Below, piece by piece: positions 49,741-62,783 of a stretch of DNA of 64,000 nt. The first letter of the stretch is position 1. Each line of letters begins with the position of its first letter. The position numbers and the translations under genes were made by a program. Below the pieces are notes generated by a model that saw only the letters and a list, made by a program, of their open reading frames with translations, was not told where the DNA came from and did not search any database. This stretch comes from Lophium mytilinum (lineage: Eukaryota): the NCBI GenBank assembly GCA_010093605.1, contig MU004181.1:310001-374000 (forward strand), read 5' to 3'.

Positions 49741-50329
49741 TTGGAACCAAACGACAAAGAAGTCTTTGAGATGGTTTACCGTGAGCAAGAAATGGATATG
49801 GTAGAGACTAACTGGAAAGCAGAAGCGCCTACCTTGGGGAGCAGAAAGCAGATATCGAGAGGACTCGGAGATTCAAGAAGCAAGACACAGAAAGTGAGTG
49901 TAGAGTCGAGATCACCCACCTCCGAGGATCATGAAAAGGAAGCTGGTATATCCAACACAGAAGACCCACCGGGAGACACATAAGACCTACCTGAAGAAGG
50001 TAACGCGGGCCCTGAGTCAAAGGACGAGGGAAAGAAAGAGAGGGAAGTCGAACGATTTACGAATGAAGCTGAGTAGCACGAACCGCACTTACCGTTGCAA
50101 GGAAACTGACGAGCAAGAATGATGACAGCGACAGACCGCGAACTGATACGGAGATCAAATCTTCAGAGAAATATTAAGCAACCGCGGGCAAGGAATGAAA
50201 GGATGGCACTTACCGCACTCACCATTGCAACGATATCGACGAGAAGAGACGACGTTGAAGAAAGACTGCGAGCTGAGTACGGAAATCAAGCCTTTCAAAG
50301 AGGAAAAAGCCACCTCGGGTAAAGATCTG

Positions 50330-51490
50330 AAGGGAACTTGTACCAAAGCTTGACAAGAAAATGAAGCAAAGACGACTGACGCTGGCATAGCCCTGCACAT
50401 AGGAACTTCGCGCCGATCATCCAAATTCACCTACCTTCGAAGAAATCTGATGAGACGACGACGCATAAAACGAGACTTCGAACGGGATGAGAGTTCTGGA
50501 AGGGTTCAAGAACCTGAAAGCGAGAGAAATGGGTTGCTGACCCTGGGAAACATGAGAGCTGACTCGACATTGCTAGGGACGTAAGAAATCCGCGAAAACT
50601 ACTCACATTTACCTACCTCTCAAGCGGAGTGGTACGAGGTGACGACCTGCAGAAAAAGCCTTTGAACGGGAACAGAGTTTTGGAAGGAATCAGAAAGTTG
50701 ACAGAGAGGGACAAGGTAGGTTGAACCCAAGAGACATATATGAAAGCTGACTTGGCATTGCTATGAACATAGGAAATCACTGCGACTAACTGCCTCTCAC
50801 GGGGATTCGGACGAAACGATGACGCAAAGAACAAGATTTCGAACAAGGCGAAAAGGGTTCATGGACCTGACAGCAAGCGATAAGATGGGTTGAACCCAAG
50901 AGACATATGAGAGCTGACTCGGCATTGCCCAGGACATGGAAAATTCGCGCCGATCACTCAGAATCACCTACCTCTTACGAGAATCCGGACGAGACGATGA
51001 CGCGTGGAACGAAGCTTCGAGCGAGATGAGAGATCTGGAAGGGTGCATGAGCCTGAAAGCGAGAGATGAGTTCCGCCAAACCTGAGCAAATGATGAGGGC
51101 TGATCCGGCACTGTCATGGACATAAGAAAGTCACGCCAACGACCTAGATTCACCTACCTATCAACGATTCAGACGAGAAGATGACGCGTAGAACAGAACT
51201 TCGAAAGACATGGAGAGGCTCGGAGGGTTAATGAACCTGGAAGCGAGAGATGAGTGCCGCCAAACCTGTATAAATGATCAGAGCTCACCCGGCATAGCCA
51301 TGGACGTAGAAAATTCGCACCGACCACCTAGATTCACCTACCTATCAGAAATTTCGGATGAGAAGATGACGGTTTGGAGGAGACTCGGACAGGAGGGATC
51401 TGAAAGGGTTTACAAACCTGGAAGCAAGAGGAAAGCAAGGTTCGCTGAACCTGGGAAGCATATGAGAGCTGACTTGGCATCGCCGTAAGC
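50330..51490. repeat. about 180-190-bp degenerate tandem repeat, about 6 units
   Basis: Recurring TYACCTACC at ~50428, 50610, 50965, 51150 and 51335, plus recurring GAGCTGAC..GGCAT and CCTGRAAGCRAGAG blocks. Confidence 0.75.
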
Positions 51491-54400
51491 ATAGGAGATT
51501 CGAGGCTGGACCACTTACTGTCGCGAGAAACCCGAGGATCGGCGAAGACTTCCAAGATTTGAAAGTTGTATCGAGAACACTTACCTAGGAGCAAAATCGA
51601 GGAGCAGAAAGTAGATGAGCACCAAGCTTGGCTAGATATGAGGAAAGCTGGCTTACCAAAGATAGGATGGGACCTGGCCGGCCGGAGGAGATGAAAGCTG
51701 ACTCGGCATGGCCGCAGACAAAGGAGATCGAAACTTGCTCCGCCTACCTTACGGCGGAGATGCGGGAGCTGAAGAGAGATTGAGAGGTCGGTGGATTTCC
51801 AACTGGTTGCGGAGCAAGACTGCGAGTTGAAAAAGAGAGTGAGCATGCCCGCGTGAGGGTCAGAGATCAAACCGTAAGAGAGAAAAAGAAACTGCTGATA
51901 TGGCATCGCCGGACATAGTGATTGTAGGAACCCGCGAACAGAAACCTACCTTCACCTGAGGAATGGATAAACGACGCAGTGAGATCAAACCTTGGTGAAA
52001 GAAATGGCCTCCGACGCGGCATTGCTGGACACAGGAAACACGAAACGTACTGTTAGTCAATGATATTTGGAGGACACGAGCAGAAGTGGAAAGCACAGAC
52101 GAGAGCCTACCGTTATCGAGAGAAGCATGGGTGGGAAATAAGGAGCATGAATCACAGAGATGAGTGAAATGAGATTCGCCGGGCAACCTGGCCACCGCTG
52201 ACTTGATAGGCATTGCCTTGGATAAAGTGAACCACCCACCTTTGACGGAAGACTAACGAAAGGGCGGTGCCCACGAGACGAAGGGAATCGCAGAGATGAG
52301 TGGAAAGAGATTCGCCGAGTAACATGAAGATCGCTGACTTGATATGTATCGCATCGGACATGGGAGATTCCCTACCTTTCATCGGACATCGACGAAGGAA
52401 CGAGATACTGAAGGGGCTGTGCCCATGAGAAGGAAGAAATCACCCACCGCATTCCAAGAAGCGAGCTGACGTAGACGCAAGCAAGACGAGAACGAGAAGC
52501 ACCACAAGGAGTCCTCACCTTTGTTGAGAAGCTGAATATAGAAGAAGAAAAGAAAACAGAAGATGGAAGTGCTGAGGCTAACGGGATAAGAGAATACTCA
52601 CCGAATGCGACCAGGCCGCACGAACTCGATCCCGATAAAAAGGCGATAAACGATTGCCGTGGACATACGGAATGACTTACCGTCTAGGAAAATCGACGGA
52701 GAAGCGCATGAAGATGTGAAGGAAGCGCTGACGGAGGTGTGCGGACAAGAACGAAAAATGGAAGCAGCGCAGATATGCAAGGGCGAAGCCCAACGAGCAA
52801 GCGAGAACACTCACCGGCTATGAGAAATTGGAGTGACGGTGAAATGGTTGTCAAGGATGGATATCCAACGAGGAATGCCTACCTGCGGGTGGTGTAATGA
52901 GTCGATGCCGAGACGATCGCCTCGATGGAAAAGATAAGACACAGAACTCATACCTGCAGAACGATGAGCTGACTCAATAGGGACGAAAGAAATCGAAGAG
53001 GCAACCGAGACAAACGAGATTGCCTACCAGGTGCGCGTAACATGAGAGATGAGGCTTCGCTGACTGCACGGAACGCATAGATCGCTCACCAACTTCAAAC
53101 TCCTACCTGCTGAGCCGGAAATCAATTGATCAGCGATGACAGTAGCGACAAAGAGAAAAGATGCGAAGGAGATCCCCTACCAGGTGTTCGAAATGGACTG
53201 ATGCGGAGAAGGAAATCCGAGAAACGAGCCTAGATTCCAAGACCTCACCTACTCTTGGAAGAGACTGAGCGACGCCGACGGCAATAACGAAGGCCAAGGA
53301 ATGAGAAAGCTCACCCACCAGGTATGCAGAGATTAAGAAGACGAAGCTTGAGGGAGTGCTCAAATACAGACGTAGAGATTGCACTTGGACTTGGAGAACC
53401 TACCTTTCGACTAATGGGGAGCGACTGAAAAACGACGATGGCAAATGCTAGTGAGTCAAAGGAGACGCCTTACCTGGACATTCGAGATGACTGACTGGGA
53501 AATGAAGGTATCCAACTAACGTGGGGAAAGGACTTCAAACCAAAGATCGATCCTAACTTGGGAGCAAGCACGTGACTTGAGGAATGTGGACTGACAAAGA
53601 CAAGGAAGTAGGAGCGGAGCAAGGGGAGCTTACTGGTGAGGGCTGTCAGACGAGCAGAAAAGGAAGGGAAGTCCAACCCAGATCAAAGACTGCGATCACG
53701 AGATTGACACGTGACATAGTCCAATGCCCAGAAGACCGAGAAATTAGGAGATTCTCACCGTTTCAATAGGGAAGAAGACGCTAAGAACTCGACCGCAATG
53801 ACAAGACAGGGAGGCCTTGCGAGGGCCGACTCAGGAGGACGATAAAGCGCCTACCTTTCCACGCTGAGAAAAATGATAGTAGAACCAACTTGTGTGACCA
53901 CGACGAAGGGGATCATACCTGATTTTGGACGTCTGGAATTGAAGGCAAGCACACGAACGCAATGACAGAGAAGCCGAAAGCGTTGACATTTCCAATGGCT
54001 TGGTGCCAGAGAGACAGACATGACGATTACCTTGCTTAGGAAAGATGCGACGTTCGCGGGACAAATGAGATTCTTACCTTTTTTCCAGAACGATGCGACG
54101 GTGGTATGAGATGAACGAAGCATGGCGCTTATCAGAAAGATCTAGGAAAAGGTCACCTCGTTCGAGACACCTGCGACTGTGGACAGGCGACTCGGGCAAC
54201 ACTCTGCAGACAAAGGAGACACTTGCCGTGTGGAAGAAAAGACTGACTGCAAGAATGATGCGACGACGGTACGAGAAGGACACTAGTGAAGGAAGCCCAT
54301 GATACATGTCAGATGCTTACCATGACCAGGGAAAATGCGAGGGTGATGCATTCGTCTCGAATTAACGACATGAGCCGACGGCAGAGAAAGATGTTAGACG

Positions 54401-57400
54401 CCTACCGTGCTGACGAAAAGATGCCGCACTGATGAACACAACGATGGAGGACGATGTCAAGTAGACGTAGGAGATACCCACCGTGGTCAAAAAGGATGTG
54501 AGTAGTTTGGGAGAGACCATGGGTCAACCCGCATGAGACAAAAGAGACACTTACAGTACCAATTGGCACGGATGAAGAGAGCGACAAGGGACAATGCCCA
54601 GAACACTGATGAGAGACGCTCACCGTTCCGGAAGTATGCAACGTCAAGGACACTGAAGGACGAAGAAAGCTTGGCGGATGCTAGGAGAGAGACTCAGAAG
54701 AAACGGTCACCTGGACTGAATACAGGAAGGGTTACGACGGCAACACAGATGACGGAAGAGACCTATCGTTTCTCGGGAGCACGACGACGAAAAGACTTGA
54801 GGAGACGACTTTTTGCAAAGGAAGACACGATTTGAGAAAATGAGAGCGGAGCGAAGTCAAATGACTCAAGAAATCTGACTAGAGTGGGAGCATACTCGAC
54901 CGAGAAGCAGGCATAAACGAAGGAGTTCGAGAATCGAAAAGACAGGAGGTACTTGACCCAGAAGACGTGATGAAAGAATATCCAACTGATACATACATTG
55001 CTTACCTGAAAGACGAGAGACAAACCACGAGAACGTACCGATGGTGGAGACAACATGAAGCACGCTGAGCTGTGAGACGAGATGAGTATGGCGGGTTAGT
55101 GAAAAGTTGAAGGCGGTGGCAATTGGTGCCATCCGAAAACAGACCCAAGGACAGCAGCTGACTTGCCACAGAACTCCGAGGATCCAAAAAGCCGGATGGG
55201 AACGACACCGAAGACATCGTGCAAGCCTGCGGATAGCCGGGATCATTTCGAAGTCCGTGGGTCCATGGTGAATGAGAGAGGCGCCAACGAAAAGGCCTCG
55301 CCGACGCAGGATCAGACGAGAATGCCGAAAAGGAAAACACATACTCCACCAAGACCTTGGCCATGGATGACCAACGCCCATGTCCGCGACGTGGATGTCG
55401 AAAGCACGGTCGTGCTGATAGGGTCCTTGATGCCAGCGAACGGCCACGGGCCATTCGGAACCACGACTGCCGGCACGCCGCAAGCAACTTGAAACAGCAC
55501 TGGCCAGTGATTATGTATGTCCTCGAAGAGCTTGGAAAGCTGGAAGGAGGGTCGTCGACGGGGTTCGACGCGAAATGAGGACGAGGTTCAAAAGAACAAG
55601 ACTGTCACTCGATCTTGATTAGTACGAGATGGAGAAGATGCAGGAGGAGAGAGCTTACCGAGATCAAAAATCTGTTGGAAGAGTGGACCAAATCGAAGAA
55701 AGTGCTCGAGAGGCCAGCAGATATGCCGTGTAAGTTCGCTGACCTGCGCATGCCGCGACATGAAAGCACGGCCCGCCAGAGGAAGACCGCTTGTTCAAAC
55801 CTTGGGTATCATGATCATCATGTTCCCAGGCTAGGTCAGCAAACCCTGAGAGTTTTCCGAGGCTGCTGGATGTTTCGTTGACGCCCAGCCCGGCACGGCA
55901 GACTAGGCATCCAGATGAAGATCCGGTATCTGAGGGACAGCGTCAAGCACACCCGGCCCGAGGCTCAGACTAGGCATCGTGCTGAGTATCCGCGAAGAAA
56001 GACGTGGTGTTGAGGACGCCCAGCCAGAGGGATCAGACCAGACATCGTACTGAGAAGCACCCGTCAGGGACTTGGTGTTGAGGATGCCCAGCCAGACAAG
56101 ACGACCGACCAGACATCGAGCCCCGGCCCAGCACGTACTGAAGGAGTGTACTTCCACGTCCCCGGGCCGAGGGAAATCATGATCGAAGACGTTACTGAAC
56201 GCACTCGAGTGCTGTCGAGAGTCGATGTCGTGGGGACCGCCAGCTCACGCGAGGCCCTCCAGGAAAGAGTCATACCCGGAATCTTCGAGCGGTCCGCATG
56301 GAAGTCGACCTAACGAAGGGATAAAAGAACTCACCAATACTGCTGCCGTAGTGTGTGGTGTTGAGGATCGTCTCGAGCCTGCCGCTGCTTAGACTCTCAG
56401 GGCTGCCGCAAAGACCGGTGGGTGGGTAAGGAGCGTCATCGAGCTGGTGCCTAATGTCGACGCCGTGACAAAGCTGCAGCTGTTAGACGATGCTTGAAGA
56501 GATGAAGAGGTGATGGGAGTGTCAGGGCAGGCGTTGCTGCCCTGGGGTGGATGGGGCTGAGGTCGTTGCTGCTGCCTCTCCACAGCCAGGACGCCCCTGG
56601 CATCAGGAGACGGTGGCAGCGACGTCCAGACATGGCGAGGAGATGAAGGAAGAAGACTTACTTGTGTTTGAAGCTCTGCCGATGATGGCAGAGGCGTTGA
56701 GGACTCGATGAGGTGGGCTGTCGAGTGAGATGACTCGAGGAAGCCGCCGCCTCCACACCCGCCCCTGAGCCCTCCCGTGGGCCAGACACAGCTGGAAGAC
56801 GGTCATATCGAGCTGCAGATGAGGAAGAAGGTGAAGAAGGAGGTAGGGCGGGTTCGTTGTCGTTGTGAGAGGGGGTGAGGGGAGGATGGGTGAGGTGGTG
56901 TTGAGGTTGGGTTTGAGTTGGGGGCCAGAAATTATTTTGGCTTGGCTAGGAACGAGAGGGGCAGCCCATTGCCTCGCAGCCCGGAATGGTATTCACCCCC
57001 CTAATATTGGCTATCCGGACACCGGTATACCTGGAGCAAGGCCATATCATCCTCTGTATTGAGGTCCGAAGACGCCGGAAGGGGTTGTGGAGGTGAAGGA
57101 GTACCGCCGGGCATCGAGACGAGGGACAGCTGGCATGCCAGGGAGCTTGAGCTTGGGCCGTCTCCGCCTCTCCAGCAGCCTCAACACCACGACCCTGGGC
57201 TCGAGCAGTATTAGAAGGAGCCGCTGGAGCTGCAGCAGACCCTGGGCAAGAGGTATGGGCATCACTAATGGCAAAGGGGCAGCTACCGACGGTATTCGAG
57301 CCAGCAACGCCGGCGGGCAGCAGAGAACAGCGAGCTCGATCCCCCCTCCTCACCTCCCTCGAGTCCCTCGACTCCTCGAGACGGCCTGCTGATACCTATA

Positions 57401-59236
57401 CAACTTCTAGGATGGGCATAATACCTCGTACCTGATCGTAGGGGGTGTGTGCCGTCGTCTGCAGGCTGCTTCGGTGGTTTCACAGCGACTCGGGATCTCC
57501 GCCTCCGCCACGACCCCTTCACCAGCCTAGCCATCTACCTACACTGACAAGATGCCTCAGGGGGAACCCTCACAGCCTTCAGGGAACTACAAAGCTATAC
57601 ACTCGATCTCTCTAGACTATGCGGCCATTTGCAGCACGACCGCCGCAGCAGACCGATACCTAGAGATCCCGAAATCCGCACATCTCTCCCGAACCTACCT
57701 ACTTCGAAACACCCTCCTACTCGAGCCTACAAACCTTCATATCCCCGGGGAAGTTACTGAAGACGGCCTCCATTCGAATTTCACTCCTCAGCGGAAAGTA
57801 ACTCAAAGGGAACGTGCAAAGAGGCACACATAGCACGGCAAGGGTACAAGGAAGGCACAAATTCAGTCACTGCAGGGTTTAAGAGTAGCTTTCGACAGCC
57901 TACACGTAATGAGCATTGCTAGTAGTGAACGGACAAGGGATGTGAGAGCGTTGGTGTGACATCAAGCAACATTTGTGCTGGTTACCTAGGTAGGGGGCTC
58001 AAATTGGCCAATAATTTAACGCTGGGTGATCTTGGGGAGTGTATGAGCTTGTCTTTTAGGAGAAAGGGAAGGTAATTGCGGATACCCGGCAAGGGACAAT
58101 TTTACGGTCAGTCGGGCTTCCAAATCGCGAGGAAAGTAGATCATTAGGTCGCAATTGACTTACGAGGGCGAAGGGTAGGGATACTGACATGGCAGGATGG
58201 AGATTCAGTGGAAATGAGGTCATCATCGAATCACAATGTGGGTCTTGGCGTTGATGTTGCGTTGGGATGAGGGAAGTCGTTGCAGAAATTCGATATCACG
58301 TGAGCCGCTAAGCTGACACACCAAGTTCATCCATCCCCTGTGAATGTCTTCAACGTCAAAGTTTCTGCTCACATTGTCTATGTAATTCAATCAAGCCATG
58401 GTCATCATTTTTGGAATGGGTTCGGTGGTTTGCGCTTGGGAGCGTCATGTCACGTGAGCATCACATTCACCGCCAATCACCAATCTCTCCTCATCACTTT
58501 GTAAAAGGGATTCGATGGCACATCAGATTTCATTTCGAGTGTCAAAAGATCCCTGGGATCATACGACATTCTCGATAATTGGATTGAGATGTCATCGCTG
58601 AGAATAAAGGTCACGTGATTACAGGTTCCAGTTTACGAGGGTGCCTTAACCCATGCTATCGTTTCTATTACTAGCTAGAGCTTCCAGGAGAGCTCTACGT
58701 TCTCCGAGATACGAATTTACCTCGGTATGATTCAATGTACTTTTGGAGCTGTCACGTGTACTGCCAAGAGATTTCGAAGCTCGTGGTAAATTAGGCTGGT
58801 CGAATCCCAATGCCTCATGAAGCTCTAGATTCCATCATCTACGGATATGTGACCGTTGGAAAGTAGCGACGTCAGCTATCCATCGTGGGGCCTCGTATTC
58901 TGCATTTCCATCATAGGGCTCCACTATAGTCCTTAGCTTCATCTGGCCAGAACCTCCTCGATTTATGGGTCGTTCACGATTTCACTCCGAGTTTAGGAGA
59001 TGCTTCAGGCTTTGACTAATTGATTCCATTAATCGCATTCAGCTTGACTAGCTTTCCCTCGGAGAACCTCGACTGCAGAGTATATGAAGATCGTCCCGCC
59101 TTCGTCTCTCCGCACTCCATTTCCCTTGCAATTCTCTCAGACGATCTTTTTCATCTTCCAACGAAGGAATTTCGACACCGCTCAGCTTCTCCATTCCACG
59201 TCGCATCTCCGTTGTCCTTGGCTCTCCACCCCCTAC

Positions 59237-59473
59237 ATGGCCATGAGCCGCCGAAGCCGCGCCAAGACCGTTGCATCGAGAATTGGTGACGTGGCACTCG
59301 CAGCGTTAGAGTATGCAATCGTGGCCTGCTGCATCTGCTGCATAGTCCCCCATTGCATAGTCGAAGAATGGCACAACAATGACCGTATCTACTATTTCGT
59401 GGATGAAGACGGCTACGACCCAAAAGCCAAGCTTGAAAAAGACGCCAGGGTCAGTCACCGCGGACACCAGTGA
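59237..59473 (+). CDS. short ORF, possibly the truncated N-terminus of a DUF7730-like paralog
   Basis: ALEYAIVACCICCIVPHCI resembles the Cys-rich hydrophobic N-termini of the 62421 and 62784 genes. Confidence 0.35.
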   Translation: MAMSRRSRAKTVASRIGDVALAALEYAIVACCICCIVPHCIVEEWHNNDRIYYFVDEDGYDPKAKLEKDARVSHRGHQ

Positions 59474-59499
59474 CCCGGACGCCTATCCCTCTGCCGTTC

Positions 59500-60740
59500 T
59501 CACTCCTGCGACATCCCCCCCGCACTGCTTTCGATACGCCACGTCTTGCCTCCAACCTCTACCGATCCAGCTGATTGATACGGCACCCTGAACCGGAACT
59601 CCGTGAGAGGCGTCGTGAGTTTGCGAACGGGTGCGAGGATATACGGCTCATTTACCGCAAACTTCTCTGCGTCCCAGAAGCCACTCAACGTCAGTTCAAC
59701 GAAAAGAGATCGCAGCCCCTGCATCCCCGCCATCACTCTCCAAACACGGTGCCAATCGCGTTCCGCTTCGGGGTCGTCGTCCTTTGCAACCACTTCCGCC
59801 TCCATGAAGGCGTTGAAGAGCGAGTACTCGAAGTTGAGCGAGCGAATCTGATGGAGCCGTTGCGTCACAAGGAGGAGGGGCAGCTGCATGAGGGGATCGG
59901 CCTGGCGGAGACAGAAGGTGTTGGCGGTGTAGAGAAGGTCGATTGATTCGGTGTATCTGGCATGTAGTGTTAGCAATGGGCATATCAAGTTCCTTGCGGC
60001 GAAATCTATGTTCCCTATCAACTAGCCAAACTTCTGCCAAGGGGGCTGCCCCTAGGCGCAGCCTCCGACTTCCATAGGAGGGCTCAAATAGTGCTGCACC
60101 TATGGACCACGTCCTCGGGTCGATGTCTTACTACTCACATTTGGCGACAGCTCAGCAAGAAGTGCAGCCGATTCAATCCTACGTTCGCCTTCGTCCCGTG
60201 CGCATCTCCGCAAAGCGACCTTTCTTCGGCCACGCACTCACAGCTGTAGAACCATCGAAAATAGGACCCCACCAAACGTATCCCCGAGTCTCCAACAACG
60301 TGCCGAAATATCTCTTGGCGAAGCTCAAGGGGCAGCTTATACAGCAACGACGCCGATGGCTGCAGTTTCGGCTCTCCAATGACAACTGGCGCTGGCCTAT
60401 AGGGTGCAGGGTTTCGAACTCGCTCTTGTCGGTCTTGCGCTTCCTCCTCGATCTTCTGCGCCGTCGGTGTATTCCTTTTCCTGCCGCTTTTGGTGGGCGA
60501 ACCATACCCAAAAAAGCTCAGAAGATAGGCCGTCCACCCTTCTTCTTGCTTTTCTGGTTCAGTGGGTGGTAAAACCGTGCTATACTTCTCCCAATAGGTA
60601 ATGTAGGGGGAATTTGTGACATCTTTCCAGACTGATTTGTCGGGCGGCGAGTACTGAATACGGCCGATGTAGGCGCGCCTTTCTTTTTCATTTAGATCCG
60701 GGTTGTTTCGCAGCCTTGTGACTGCTGGTGTGATCTCCAT
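59500..60740 (-). CDS. DUF7730-like (F-box-like) fungal protein
   Basis: ATG 60740; QPSASLLYKLPLELRQEIF..FLLSCRQ, phase-2 intron 60138-59957, YTESIDLLYTANTF..IRSLNF..W..MAGMQGLRSL. Confidence 0.8.
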
Positions 60741-61472
60741 AGGGGGGGTCGTAAAGTTGGACAAAAGTTGAGATGGGATGGTATTCGTATGCATGCAGGT
60801 GGCAGCCTGGGGCGGAAGTGGCTCAGTGGCGCAGATTGTGGCAGTGCTGCACGTGACCCCACCTAAGAAGCCACCCCCTCTTCCTGAAATTGGATGACGG
60901 ACTTGCTGCACTGACTTGATTGTATTTACAACGCAGTGGGTGTTTTTGTTCCTTAGATAGATGGCTAGCACTAAGCACTCCAATCCCGAGTATGTTATCT
61001 CACGTGACCTTCTCGCCTCGAATGCTACGCCGAACCTTATCCAAAACACCATCATCCATCTCAACATCCACAAGATCGCATCTATCACCGCTCCAAAGGC
61101 GCTCTTCCCAGTGGCGTGTGTTCAGGGATGCGGTGTGCAAGATCGGGCTTTTTACAGACTCGAGGCCAGCTTGCCTCGCGAATGTCTTGAATCAGATCTG
61201 GCGTGTTTCGACTCAACGTCGCATGTTCAGTTTTCATAGCAACGCGAAGAATCTCAGATGACTTCGTCGACACTATTGATCAAGAATGTACTCGTGGTTC
61301 CGATCTAGAGCCTCAGAGATAGGACTTCCGTATAAGCTTTTCATGACAACTCGCAGGACTCCTAACGATGGCGTCACCTATCAAAACTGCATTTTCCAAG
61401 TCCTAAATTCCACTCCATTACTTTAGCAGCCCTTTCGGCGCATTCGAATTGGAGTGCCGGACAAGCTGTTTT

Positions 61473-62421
61473 CTATTCCAAATAGTACGCCTTGCCCCCA
61501 AGTGTCAACACTTCCTCAGACTCCCAGGGTACCCTCATCCGGAAAGACTTCAGCGGGGTAGGTAGGGCCTTCAAGGGCTCTAGGATCTCAGCCTCCCTGT
61601 CAGCATAGAGCTGCGTAACGGTCTCTCTAGATACCGGAGAAAAGTCCCTCTCAATCACGAAATCGACTACGAGATGCCGCAATCCACCCAACGCGGCGAC
61701 ATTCTCCCACATCGACATTATGGCCCGCAAGTCCTTGACAATAATGATCCTTGTGGTGGTAGGGAGCTCCTCAATCTCCGGATTTAGGGTATACCTTATG
61801 CTGATAGAGCGGATTACTGGACGACGCACGCGTAAAGCGAAGGTGACGATGTGGGGAAAGGTGTTGCGGTATCCTTGCTTAACGTTGAGGCAGAAGGTGT
61901 TGCTGGAGTAGAGCGATTCAATGGCCTCGGTGTAGCTATGATATGCAATCAGTCCCACACCTTCACACGCATGGTAGTAGTGTGTTCGAGACTTACATTT
62001 GACGGCACGTTAGGAGCAGAGAAATTCGCCACAGGGATACTCGGCCCTTTTCAACCCCCTTGTGAAGGTATAGGAGCTGCGCGCATTTGCAGAATGGCTC
62101 ATCCGCATCTGACCAGCACTCGCGGCCTCCGGCCCCTATAACCGCAGAGCCCCAGACATGAATGGCAGAGCCGCCCAGAGCGTATCCGTAGATCTCTTGG
62201 CGGAGTTCGAGTGGCAGCTTTTGAAGAAGTGATGACAGTGACTGGTGGAGTGGCATGCCAATGCGCGGCGGTAGACGGCGAGCTGCGCGAACCGCGAGCT
62301 GGGTCTCCTTCTCTTCGTCTTCTGCCTTATACCTTCTCCTCTGGCCAGGCCATTGGTATAGAAACAAGCACGGGAAGCAGAGGAAGGTGACGATCAGCTG
62401 GAAGACTTTGTAAAGGCTCAT
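61473..62421 (-). CDS. DUF7730-like (F-box-like) fungal protein
   Basis: ATG 62421; QSLSSLLQKLPLELRQEIYGYALGG..LLLTCRQ, intron GTAAGT..CTGAT..TAG, YTEAIESLYSSNTF. Confidence 0.8.
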
Positions 62422-62783
62422 GATGATGATGTGTTGTTGATTGCACAAGCACAGAGTAAAACAGGACGCAAGCGACTTGAAGTAATGCAGTCACGGCCGT
62501 AAAACACCCACCTTCACTATCATGAGAGAAGAATGTGGCGCATACATGTGGCTCTCACGTGACCTCCGCGACAGGCCAAACGCCCAGGCGCTGGGCCACA
62601 TTCGACAGCTTTTAGGAGACGCTTTGTGGATTTGCGGAAGGTCCTCACGTCTCGAATCTCGTACAGAAAGTTGGCGCACCACGCAATGGGAGCCACGTGA
62701 CTGAGCTTTGCCGCTTGCTGTGCCGCAATCTCGATGCCCCTCATCTTTCGTGTCTCTGCATGCCACATCTCCATTTTCAAAAT

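Larger units (their letters stand above)
47300..55100 (-). other. extremely splice-signal-dense, ORF-poor region (putative many-micro-exon transcript)
   Basis: The + strand is purine-rich, with CCTACC/CTCACC/CTTACC/CCCACC recurring every ~70-150 bp and CTGA ~45-65 nt to their left. On the minus strand these read as AG|GTRRG donors and TCAG acceptors. Confidence 0.6.
58297..62699. promoter_or_regulatory. eight CACGTG E-boxes (all TCACGTG and/or CACGTGA) in intergenic DNA of the DUF7730-like cluster
   Basis: Sites at 58297, 58451, 58612, 58753, 60850, 61001, 62556 and 62694. Confidence 0.55.

Noticed and set aside
57454..57489. Hairpin with a cUUCGg tetraloop
   Set aside because: The stem relies on many G.U pairs and has no supporting promoter, terminator or family context.
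46900..58000. Possible large transposon enclosing the splice-dense region
   Set aside because: No transposase, RT or integrase motif, and no terminal repeats or target-site duplication that I could identify by eye.
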